A stretch of DNA of 64,000 nucleotides from assembly GCA_043228905.1 (NCBI GenBank), contig JBHGNT010000018.1, forward strand, positions 13,454,001 through 13,518,000, given 5' to 3'. How positions within the stretch are numbered: position 1 is the stretch's first letter; each line of letters opens with the position of its first letter. Below, piece after piece: positions 11,752-22,650 of this stretch. The DNA is from Azolla caroliniana. Taxonomy: Eukaryota; Plantae; Polypodiophyta. The position numbers and the translations under genes were made by a program. The notes beneath the pieces are model-generated. The model was not told the origin of the DNA, searched no databases, and worked only from the letters and a program-made list of their open reading frames with translations.

Positions 11752-12929
11752 TGATAGGAATAGAGCTCGGCCACAACTGAGCCATAAACTTAATGAAAGA
11801 ACAAAACAGAAATGGAGGTTCGTATGCTTACACCTTTGAGACGACATAGGATGTTTACGTGGAAAACCCTAATAGGGCGAAAACACAGTAGCTCACAGTC
11901 TCCAACTATCACTACAAGAGGAGGGGGTACAATATGAGACTGAGACGCAACGACCTCTAGCTCTGTATCTTTGCCAATGGGCGGTTACAACAGAAACTGA
12001 TTCAGTTTCTCTTACCTCTCTCACACACTATACAACAATAATACAACCACACAGGATGTGTGGTTGTATTATTGTTGTATGCTTACACCTTTGAGATGAG
12101 ACATGATGTTTACGTGGAAGACCCTAATAGGGCAAAAACACGGTAGCTCACAGTCTCCAACTATCACTACAAGAGGAGGGGGTACAATATGAGACTGAGA
12201 CGCAACGACCTCTAGCTCTGTATCTTTGCCAACGGGCGGTTACAATAGAAACTGATTCAGTTTCTCTTACCTCTCTCTCACACTATACAACAATAATACA
12301 ACCACACACACACACGTATATCGTTTTATCAGGTGATTGCCCTAGGTCATATTTATACTTATATGAGTTTAGAAATATTTACAAAAATAGCCTTTACAGG
12401 CACACCAAAAACATATTTACATATATGTCCCTAGATCCGGTTAACACCATATCCATCCGGATACCTTCCGGTCCGGTCCGGTTCCTGCATCCGGTTCAGT
12501 TCCTTCCTTTGTTATTCGCTAGCCGGACAAGGCCTAACACAAGGTGTCACGGAGACACTTCACCAAAGGGTGATTACGGCATAGGATTAAGATTCAACGA
12601 TTACACCGACTTACGTAGGTTACACGATTAGAATGCTTTGGTTAATTACACGCGTAAGATATAACAGTAGTTACAGAACGGAAATCAACACAGAAGTATA
12701 AACTGCATAAGCTCTATTAATTATCCGCTCCGATTACAATGGGGTCCGGGCCTTTAAATAGGTTTCCGGCCCGTAGTACAAAACGGTGCCTCTCGCACCT
12801 ATTCGGGATCCGTCCGGATCTGGAACGGCATACCGTTTCCAGTCCATCCGTCCACACTATGCTTATTACAACCATACTTAATTAATTCCTTCACTCCGTA
12901 TTTTGGACTCCTTGCCGGCCGGTAACACA

Positions 12930-12967
12930 TGGCACGCCCGTGGGACAGTACCTTGTACGTCGAACCC
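12930..12967 (-). other. tRNA-Arg 3'-half-like motif at the PPT position of D1
   Basis: Minus strand reads GGGTTCGA-CGTACAAGGTACT-GTCCCACGGGCGTGCCA, then 2 nt, then the LTR. Confidence 0.8.
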
Positions 12968-13060
12968 TTCTCGGCCCCTTCATTGTTCACCCAAATTGTC
13001 CAAAATACTTTGTTCAAGAATTTCCACTTGTTCTTCCGGTTGTGGTTGTTGCGGCTGTGC

Positions 13061-13807
13061 TTACTGCTGCTGCTGTGGTTGCGGTTGGGACTGAGGCTGC
13101 TCCGGCTGCACTGCTTGCTGCTGCTGCTCCGTTTGTTTCGCTGACTCCGGCTGCTCCGTTTGTCTCTCTGACTCCGGCATCTCCGTTTGACTGCTTCCGG
13201 TCCGGTCTCCTTCCAGTAACGGTTCCTCATCACTGAGGTTGACCGTAACCGGTTCTCGTTCTTTCTCTCCCCGGATCCGGGACCTCTCGTAGCTTTCAAA
13301 CTGGATCTGCGCCTCCAGCCTGTCGTCGTCCAGCTGAGCTACAAGTTGCCGGACCTGCCCTAGTTGGTCATCTGCCAAGGCTTGAAAGTCTTCGGCAAGC
13401 TCATCTCTTATGCCGGTGAAGTCTTCGGAAGTCAGCATATAGCAATCATCTCCCTCCTTCCGCCGGTTCTCAACGTCGGCCCGGAGCAATTGTAGTTCCG
13501 CCGCGTTCGTGGCCCACTTGGTCCACCATTTGACGGAACCGTTGTCAATCAAGCTCTTGGTCTGGTTCAACCAGGCCCGCATGATATCCTGGATGCGACT
13601 TGCTCCCATTTGCGCTCTGCTTTCCACCACTTGTCGCTCCTCCTTCAACTGCTTGATGAGATTCGCTGTATCCTCCGCCTGCTCTCTGTAGCACGTCAGC
13701 TGCCCTTGATATGTCGTTTGCAGCCTCTGCAGTACCTCTGCCGCTCTTTCTTTTTCCGCCTGCTGTTGCCTGAGGAGCTCTGTCCGAACCTTCTCCGCCT
13801 CTTCCAA
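13061..13807 (-). CDS. Coiled-coil accessory ORF fragment of D1 (C-terminal part of the family's post-pol extra ORF)
   Basis: 248-aa E/Q/R-rich ORF; aligns by eye with degenerate minus-strand sequence at about 40800-41230 (LIKQLK.E, QMG, ELQ.LR.DVENR.K.GD). Confidence 0.6.
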   Translation of the reverse strand: MEEAEKVRTELLRQQQAEKERAAEVLQRLQTTYQGQLTCYREQAEDTANLIKQLKEERQVVESRAQMGASRIQDIMRAWLNQTKSLIDNGSVKWWTKWATNAAELQLLRADVENRRKEGDDCYMLTSEDFTGIRDELAEDFQALADDQLGQVRQLVAQLDDDRLEAQIQFESYERSRIRGEKEREPVTVNLSDEEPLLEGDRTGSSQTEMPESERQTEQPESAKQTEQQQQAVQPEQPQSQPQPQQQQ

Positions 13808-14232
13808 CCGTCTTCTGGTTTCCGCTTGTTCCTTGGCGAATGCGGTTGCGGTCCTGGAGTCGGCACGGTATCCGACCCGTCGTTCTCCGGGCCGCCGGGG
13901 GTATCGTTGCTGCTCCGGTAGTTCGTGTGCACGCTGTATCCCCCTTCGGAATCCGATTCGTAGGCTGAAAAGGCTTCTGCCTCGTTTTCTCCGCTTGCCA
14001 GCGCCTCGAGGAGTCGTTCGGTTTCCCGGAGACTACTTAGACTGCTTTCGTCGTCCTGGTCGCGAGTTTGCCGTAACCGAAGGGATTCCTCCGCGACTCT
14101 CCAGATCTCGTTGGAGAACAAACGATCCGAGCGAATTTCGTGCGATGCTTGCTGGAAAGTCTCACGCCGTCTTTGCCGTTCGGCGAGGCGTCGAGCTCGG
14201 TCTGTAACCAGGTCGTGCGTTGGTCTCGTCAT
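13696..14232 (-). CDS. D1 5' ORF, possibly a gag N-terminal leader fragment
   Basis: 178-aa ORF starting about 40 nt after the PBS; no recognisable domain. Confidence 0.35.
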   Translation of the reverse strand: MTRPTHDLVTDRARRLAERQRRRETFQQASHEIRSDRLFSNEIWRVAEESLRLRQTRDQDDESSLSSLRETERLLEALASGENEAEAFSAYESDSEGGYSVHTNYRSSNDTPGGPENDGSDTVPTPGPQPHSPRNKRKPEDGWKRRRRFGQSSSGNSRRKKKERQRYCRGCKRHIKGS

Positions 14233-14268
14233 CCATTAAGCCGTCGTTCGCTGCGAGAAAGCAGGAAT

Positions 14269-14279
14269 CGTGGTCGCCA
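14269..14279 (-). promoter_or_regulatory. PBS of D1, TGGCGACCACG (tRNA-Arg type)
   Basis: 6 nt inside the 5' LTR; complementary to a ...GUGGUCGCCA tRNA 3' end (recalled plant tRNA-Arg UCG). Confidence 0.7.
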
Positions 14280-16044
14280 AAACTGTGTTATTCGCTAGCC
14301 GGACAAGGCCTAACACAAGGTGTCACGGAGACACTTCACCAAAGGGTGATTACGGCATAGGATTAAGATTCAACGATTACACCGACTTACGTAGGTTACA
14401 CGATTAGAATGCTTTGGTTAATTACACGCGTAAGATATAACAGTAGTTACAGAACAGAAATCAACACAGAAGTATAAACTGCATAAGCTCTATTAATTAT
14501 CCGCTCCGATTACAATGGGGTCCGGGCCTTTAAATAGGTTTCCGGCCCGTAGTACAAAACGGTGCCTCTCGCACCTATTCGGGATCTGTCCGGATCTGGA
14601 ACGGCATACCGTTTCCAGTCCGTCCGTCCACACTATGCTTATTACAACCATACTTAATTAATTCCTTCACTCCGTATTTTGGACTCCTTGCCGGCCGGTA
14701 ACATCCTTCAGCACGTCCAACCCGGCTTCTCCAGTTCTCATCCGGATCCCATCCGAAGGAACCGAATTCCCAACAAACTCCCCCCTTCACTCCAGCATGA
14801 GATTTCTCGTTAGTCTGATCCGTCTTCGGCACGTGTCCAGTTTGTCGACTAACAGCACCTTGGTCAGCATATCCAACCCATTCTTCTCCGTGTGGATCTT
14901 CATAAGCACGAATTCTTGATCTTCTACCTTCTCTCGGAGCCAGTGATATCTTCTTTGGATGTGCTTGGTTCGGGAACGGTAGGTCGCATTCTTTGCAAGG
15001 TGGATGGCACTTTGGCTATCACAATAGTGTCGGTATTCCTCCTATTGGATCCCTAGCTCCCCAATGAAGTCCTTCATCCAAATTACTTCCTTGCCGGCTT
15101 CCATGGCTGCCATGTACTCCGCTTCCGTTCTTGACAGTGCAACATACTTTTGTAGCCTGAACTGCCACGATACGGCTCCCCATGCATATGTCATGACATA
15201 TCTGGATGTGGACCAACTGGTATCCACATTAGCTGACATATCTGAATCCGTAAATCCTTCCAGTTGGGGTTTACCTGAGCCGAATCGGAGGCCCATAATC
15301 GAGGTGCCTTTCAAGTACCGGAGTATCCACTTGATTGCGGTCCAATGTTCTCTTCCCGGATTGCTCAGGAACCGGTTGACCACTCCGACAACAAATCTGA
15401 TATCCAGCCGGGTACACACCATTGTGTACATCAAGCTTCCAACAATAGAGGCGTATGGGATCTTCATCATGTCTGACTTTCCTGCCTTTGTCTTCGGCTT
15501 TGCTTTCCGAACCACTTGTATTTTGCCGGAAGTGTCGACCCGATTGGCTTCACATCCGACATGTTCAACCGTTGGAGCACCTTTATCACGTACTTCTCTA
15601 CTAAGAGCCACAATAGCTTCTTTGTCCAGTCCCAGATTATTTGCATCCCCAGAATCTGTCTTGCCAGACCCAAGTCTTTCATTGAGAAGGTCTGGTTCAA
15701 GGCCTTCTTCAGCATCCTGATTTTAGTTTGGTCCGGTCCGACGATCAACATTTCATCCACATACAGCAAGAATGTCAGGAAATCTCCTTCGTCGAATTTC
15801 TTCACAAACACGCAATGATCGGCTTGCATCTTATGGTACCCTTGATCGGTCATCAAGGAATCGAACTTCTGGTAACATTGTTGGGGAGTCTGCTTAGGTC
15901 CATATAAACTCTTCTTCAACCGGCACCCACCAGGTGCTCCTTCCCTTTCTTCTCAAATCCTTCTGGTTGCTACATGTAGATGTCTTCTTCGAGGTCCAAG
16001 CTTGTCACTATGCTCAACACCGTCCGCATGGAGGTCATCTTTAC

Positions 16045-19000
16045 TGTCATGATATGGCAAGTCTCGAACCCATGAACTTATGTTACATGGGTCGAGCTCT
16101 TGACCATTAGACTATATGTTGTAGTACGAAGGATATTCATTTAAGTTTTACTCTAGAAAATTGATGTATATTCTAGATTTCTCTAGAACATTCTAGAAAA
16201 TTCAGGAGTACTCCTGAGAACACTATAAAAGGAGGCACAAGGCATTATTTCAAACCAAATCAGTTCAACGTCAGTCTTAAGCCTCCTAGCTACTATTGTA
16301 TATTCTCTTAACATAATATATATCTTTTGTTATCATTACTCTCTCTCTCACTCACTCTTTCCTTCTCTCGAGAGTTCTACACCTCCATTAGTACTAATCC
16401 TCATCTTTTAGTTCTAATTCTTCTCTGTCTTGGTACTGCTCCTAACAGTTTGAACCAATTTTCGTCTTCTTCTTTTATCTTCTTACTTCTCCCTCCCTTC
16501 ATATTAATCTCTTATTCCTCTTTTCTCTCATACTATGGCCACTGTTAGCGCTCAAGAATATCAATCCGTTTTTTCGAAGTTGCAATGATTGAAAGAGAAG
16601 ATTCTCGCATTGGAACAAGAAAATCAACAACTATTGGGGGAGCTTCAACAAATCTCCTTATAGAAGCAGCTAACGCAACAACGACACGGGGAACTAGCAT
16701 TACGTGTGCAAAAGCTCGAAGCAACCATAGTAGCAATGCAACAACAAGGACCTAGTACGCAAGGGGTTCATAAAGAACCCAAGATCGGCCTTCCCATGAA
16801 ATTCGATGGAATGCGATCGCAGTTTAGAGGATTCCTTAATCAGGAATGATTAGTCATTCAAAAGCATCCTTCCCCATATACCACTGATGCATCACGAGTG
16901 GCTTTAGTAGGCATGTTGTTAAGTGGCTCGGCTTTGGCATGGTTCACTCCATTGTTAGAAAAGGAATCTCCTTTACTAAACAATTTTGAAGAGTTTTTAA
17001 GTGAGTTTAAAGCATGTTTTGGAGATACTGACAGCATAAGGACAGCAATCAACAAAATCCGACGATTACATGAAGGTGATAGTCCAGCCTCCACATACGC
17101 TGCAAATTTCCACCTACTCGCCTCCGATATCCCCTGGGATGACCAAGCACTTATGGAGCAATTTCGTTATGGTCTACATAATGATGTCAAGGATTTACTC
17201 TTGACCTTCCCCGAAGAACCAAAGTCATTGACAGAAGCAATCAGTCATGCAATGAGATGCGACAACCATCTTTTCGAACGACGTTCAAAACATCAGTTCC
17301 AGATGCTAAGGGCAAGATCAGAGCCCACCTATGCCTCAGTGGTAGCAAAACCTTTTCCAAGGAAGGCATATAATGCGTCTCTAGTGAATACTCCAACTCC
17401 GATGGAAATTGACACTACACGTCGTCGCAGACCATTATTGGAAGAAGAAAAGCAGCGACGCTTAGCAAATCGACTATGTCTTTATTGCGGTGGACCAGGG
17501 CATATTGCAGTGAACTGTCCCCATAGGCCAAGAAGACAAGTGAACCAAATAGTTGCTAGTTCTAATTGTACTAAACCCGAGTCTATTTCAGTACAAATAT
17601 CTGATAGTCTTAATTGTACTAATAGCTCAAATCAATCGAACAAATTTGATGTCCTTAGTCAGTTAGAAGAAGAGTTAAATGGCTAAGTCTAGCCAAAATA
17701 GGAGCCGTTTGGTTGGACAACCCTAGATCTGTGTAGCCCATTAGTGGTTCCATTCCCTCTAAGCATGTAAGCAATGTGTTCTTAGCCCAAGTAATCGTTA
17801 GTACTAAAAGTACCTCACCAGTACATGACTTAGCACTCCTAGATTTCAGAGCTAATTCTTGCTTCATGGATAGGAATTTTACCCAAGCTAATAAAATATC
17901 CATAAGAAAACTCCCGTGTCCAACCTCTATAGTAGTCATTGATGGTCATCCCATTGCATCCGGAAATATCATAGAAGAGTCAGAGCCCATTAATATTGTC
18001 CTAGATAATTTAGCGTGTGTAGTATCCTTTAATATAATTAGTATCCAAAAACATCCCATTGTTTTGGGATTACCATGGTTCGAATTACATAACCCAGACA
18101 TAGGTTGGAGAACAAGGGAAATCCGGTATCGACAAACCCAAGGATCTACTCATAAGATTGCACCCATTTCGCTACATCAGTTGCGTGAGGAAGGACGCAA
18201 GGAAGAAATGTTTCCCTTCACAGTATCAGTAAAACACTCCAACACCACTAAAGAGGAGTCCACCGTTCAACTTCTAAAACAGTATCGTCATTATGCCGAT
18301 GTGTTCGATAAAGTACAAGCCAATACACTTCCTCACCATCAACGTATGATTGCCCCGTCGATTTACAACCGGGAAAATAGCCACCATGGGAACCGATCTA
18401 CAATTTGTCACCAACTGAACTAAAAGTCCTTTGACCCTATATAGAGGAGAATTTGGCAAATGGTTTCATTCAAAATTCGAAATCTCCAACCGGCGCACCC
18501 ATTTTCTTCGTCAAGAAAAAGGATGGATCACTTTGCCTCGTCGTAGATTACCATGGCTTAAATAAGGTCACCATCAGGAATAGGTACGCACTTCCCCTTA
18601 TCTCAAGTCTTTTAGAACAGATCAATGGTGCAAGGTTCTTCACAAAAATCAACTTACGAGGAGTGTATAACCTCGTGTGGATCTGACCAGGAAATGAATG
18701 GAAGACCGCGTTTCACACCAGATATGGGCACTTCAAGTATACGGTCATGCCATTCGGCCTCACTAATGCGCTAACAATCTTCCAACATATGGCAAATGAT
18801 ATATTCTGAGATCTCTTGGATGCTTGTTTGATCATCTATTTGGATGATCTATTGGTTTATTCGAAGACCCAAGAAGAGCATGATTCTCATGTACTATTAG
18901 TACTAAAATGACTTTGAGAACATGGTCTTTATGCAAAGCTGGAAAAATGTAGTTTCGAGTGCAACCAGGTAGAATTTCTAGGCTATGTCATTTCCTCGAA

Positions 19001-20920
19001 AGGCATCTCCATGGATCCAGCTAAGGTCAAAACGGTTGTAGAGTGGCAAACTCCGCGTTCATTGCAAGATGTCCAATGCTTTTTAGTATTTGCCAATTTC
19101 TACCGCAAGTTTATATAGGATTACTCAAAGTTTGTTCTGTCTCTCACACAGCTCACCAGGAAGGGGCAATCGTTCATTTGGTCTAAAGAAGCAAACATGT
19201 CTTTTGAGGGTCTTAAGAAGACATTTACATCAGCTCCTATTCTGGCTCATGTTGATCCGGAAAAACCATTCATCATCGAAGCAAATGCGTCAGATTTCGC
19301 CTTTGGTAGCATTCTGTCACAAGGCAATAATGAAAAGCTCCATCTTGTGGCTTTCCACTCACGCAAGTTTGACGCCGCCGAAATCATCTATGAAATTCAT
19401 GATAAGGAGCTATTAGCAATCATGGACTCTCTTATGCAATAGAGGCATTTTCTAGAAGGATCTTCTCATCAAGTCATGGTATTCAATGATCACAAAAACC
19501 TTGCCTACTTTCAGAATGCTCGTGTGTTAAATCGATGTCAAGCTCGGTGGGCCCAATTCCTCACTCGTTTTGACTTCAAAATTACATATCGTCCGGGGAA
19601 GCAACAAGGGAAAGCAGATGCATTATCACAGCGCTCGTATGTAGCACCGTGTCCTGGTGAACCAGCTTTCGATAACCAAAAGCAAGTAATCCTAGGACCA
19701 GCACGACTACAAGCAACGCAGGTCTTGGGTATGCCCTTGGATTCCCACGTTATCGATACCATACGTGAGGACTTGAAGACAAATGCTTTCGCCCGAGACA
19801 TTCTAGCACAAATTGATCCCTCTCGAGCATCTTGTTCACAATCGTAACAACCAGGTACAAACTATTTACAATTCGAATGTCATGATGGATTACTATTCTT
19901 CAAGAAACTCTTGTATGTTCCTAACGGTTCTTGTCGCCTTCGAGTAGTCCAAAGCTGTCATGACACATATAAAGTTGGGCATTTTGGTAGTACTAAAACA
20001 TTAGATTTAGTATAACGATCATTCTAGTGGCCCCATATCCGACAATTTGTTGAAGATTTTGTTCAGACTTGTGATACATGTTGTAGAGCAAAAATGTCAA
20101 GGCATCATCCATATGGTTAATTATAAGCATTACCAATTGCAAGCAAGTCGTGCCAATCCATTGCTCTAGATTTCAACCCAGATCTTCCGCTCACAACCTC
20201 CACCCACAATCGAACTTGAAGATGGACCTGAGTACGAGGTTGCCGCCATCCTCGATTTCAAGATTGTTCGCAACAAACTCTACTATTTAGTCAATTGTCA
20301 AGGATATAGTCCCACCGAGCGTACTTGGGAACCAATAGAGAATGTGACCAATGCTCGTGCTCTTCTTGAAGACTTCCATTGTGAATATCCAGGAAAACCG
20401 GGTCCTCAATCCAAAACGACTTGTCACACTCGTCGTTTTAAAGGGGGGATAGTGTCATGATATGGCAAGACTCAAACCCATGACCTTATGTTACATGGGT
20501 CGAGCTCTTGACCATTAGACTATATGTTATAATACGAAAGATATTATTTTCATTTAAGTTTTACTATAAAAAAATGATGTATATTCCAAATTTCTCTGGA
20601 ACATTCTAGAAACTTCAAGAGTACTCCTGAGAACACTATAAAAGGAGGCACAAGGCATTATTTCGAACCAAATTGGCTCAACGCTAGTCTTAAGCCTCCT
20701 AGCTACTATTGTATATTCTCTTAACATAATATATATCTTTTGTTATCATCACACTCTCTCTCTTGATCTCTCTCTTGATCTCTCTCTCTCACATACTCTT
20801 TCCTTTTCTCGAGAGTTCTACACCTCCCTTAGTACTAATCCTCATCTTTTAGTACGAATTCCTTCTCTGTCTCAGTATTGTTCCTGACAATACTTCTCTG
20901 TCTTAGTACTGCTCCTGACA
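16045..20920 (+). mobile_element. Second degenerate Tcn1-like chromovirus (element T2) with the integrase core deleted
   Basis: LTRs 16045-16447 and 20453-20920, TSD TTTAC, PPT AAAGGGGGGA at about 20440; gag ORF 16898-17686, PR/RT/RH fragments, chromodomain EYEVAAILD at about 20230. Confidence 0.94.
16450..16460 (+). promoter_or_regulatory. Self-priming type PBS of T2, TTGAACCAATT
   Basis: 2 nt after the LTR; complementary to consensus AATTGGTTCAA from the two LTR copies (16258-16268, 20671-20681). Confidence 0.75.
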
Positions 20921-20931
20921 TTTACTACCGG

Positions 20932-21637
20932 TGTCGTAGTGTATTCCACACACTACGTGAAAACCATAAAATAATATATCCGATTTTAGATACATATAAA
21001 TAGATAAATAATATATCAAAAGAATTTATCACGTGCATAGGGCAGGATTCAAACCATGCACCTCCACGTAGATAAACCCCAACTTTACCATCGTAATAAC
21101 TTATCTTTAGTGTTATAAATATAGATTTAATACGTATAAGACCTTTATTTACACATACCTTTATTAAAAGGTAAAAATCATGTATTCTTTAGAGTGTGAA
21201 TATTTTATTTACACGTGACATTAAAAGTGACTCATGCACATCTAGCGTGCATGAGCCCTATATTTTTAGGAAATGACAAAGCATCACATGCACATTTAGT
21301 GTGCATGGACACTTTAGGTGAAAAAGCATGAAGCCATGCTTAGCCTCTTCCATCTTTATATAAGGAGGAGAGAAATATGTATATGGTTGTTGATTAATAT
21401 ACAAGGATTGATCAATCTAATATATTCGTGGGATTCACGAATTTTGCCATCTAATTGCTCTTATAATCTAAATATTGTTTTAATTACACTAAACTCGTGG
21501 GATTCACGAGATTGCTATCTTACTTCTCTTTCCACTATTCATAACTAGCCTTAAGTTGTATTCCTCTTCCTCCTAGTCAAAAACCTCGGCGGTTCCCACC
21601 CGACTCACGCAACGATCCGGAGCCGAAGGGCACGACA
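20932..21637 (+). mobile_element. Solo LTR (706 bp) with TGTCGT...ACGACA termini
   Basis: Perfect 6-bp terminal inverted repeat; CCGG duplicated on both sides; removing it restores host copia sequence TACCGGGG. Confidence 0.85.
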
Positions 21638-21651
21638 CCGGGGTAAAGATC

Positions 21652-22038
21652 TATTAGGAAACAGGTCCCTCCGGATGGGAAGTGAGAAGAACAGTCAGTG
21701 TTGATGAGCAACTCGGCCGAGGCCAAATCCAAATGTGGATTACCTGGCAACGGAAGACCCGGTGAGAACCGGATGTGGAGTACCCGGCAACGGAAGACCC
21801 AGTGAGAATCGGATGTGGAGTACCCGGCATCGGAAGTCCCGGTGAGAACCGGATGTTGCAAGCCCGGTGAGAACCTCTCATCGGATAGAAGGGACATATA
21901 TGTAAATATGTTCTAGAGAGCCCACTGGGGCTATATTTGTAAATAGCCCGAAAGTCATATTAGTATAAATATGACCTAGGGCAAACTTAATAGTGAGGAT
22001 GAGAGAGTTATTTTTGGGGTGTAACTTCTATACAGTGC

Positions 22039-22080
<42 letters not shown>

Positions 22081-22650
22081 AATACAAAGATTGTGTCTCT
22101 GTTGTAACCGCCGCTAGGCGAAGATTGTGAGCAAGAGGTCGTTGCCTCTATGCTCCCTTTTGTATTCTTCTTATGGAGTGATAGTTTGGAGTCTGTGGAC
22201 TCCCGTGGTTTTTCCCTCTCAAGGTTTTCCACGTTAATATCCTATGTATTCTCTTTCTGTTTTGTCTACTTACCTCCATTCCCATTTCATCTGTGCTTTT
22301 GATTGTCATCAAGTGATCTACGCTTCTGTTGTGGCCGGAGATTAATCCGCGTATTTCACGTCAAATTGGTATCAGAGCGAAATGACACAGAAAAATGGAC
22401 GATTCGTTGGGAGGCATGTTCAAGCTCACCGGCTCCAACTATTCAGTGTGGAAGTCGAAGATGAGGGACATGCTCATGGTTAAAGATCTTTGGTTGCCGG
22501 TTCAGTTCGGGGACAAGAGACTGGACAAAATCGATGCCACGATATGGGAGGTGATGCACATGATGACAACGGCGTACATACGGTGCTTCATCGACATGAG
22601 TCTATACAACAACTTCAATGAAGAGAGGTAGGCTCATGAACTCTGGGACA
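21652..22650 (+). mobile_element. Copia 5' fragment: LTR 21652-22363, tRNA-iMet PBS 22367-22378, gag start
   Basis: LTR homologous to 51863-52794; TGGTATCAGAGC; MFKLTGSNYSVWKSKMRDMLMVKDLW. Confidence 0.88.

Larger units (their letters stand above)
12510..14703 (-). mobile_element. 2.2-kb non-autonomous LTR element (element D1) with 418-bp LTRs
   Basis: LTRs 12510-12927 and 14286-14703 (TGTTA...TAACA, three visible differences, all CpG transitions); TSD TCCTT; no pol; minus-strand ORFs; TATTTAAA on the minus strand. Confidence 0.95.
11752..21651 (-). mobile_element. Fragmented copia element (3' LTR 11752-14775, PPT 14776-14790, RT-RNase H remnant 14795-16044 plus slivers 20921-20931 and 21638-21651) hosting nested insertions
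   Basis: Colinear with the intact copia at 59386-60720 (KKSLYG.KQ, LLYVDEML, PYASIVGSLMY, FTDSD); LTR ends CCCAACA next to AACTCCCCCTTCACT. Confidence 0.88.

Noticed and set aside
12510-12927. Retrozyme (hammerhead ribozyme) interpretation of small LTR element D1
   Set aside because: No CUGANGA/GAAA core found by eye on either strand, and the interior is coding-derived.
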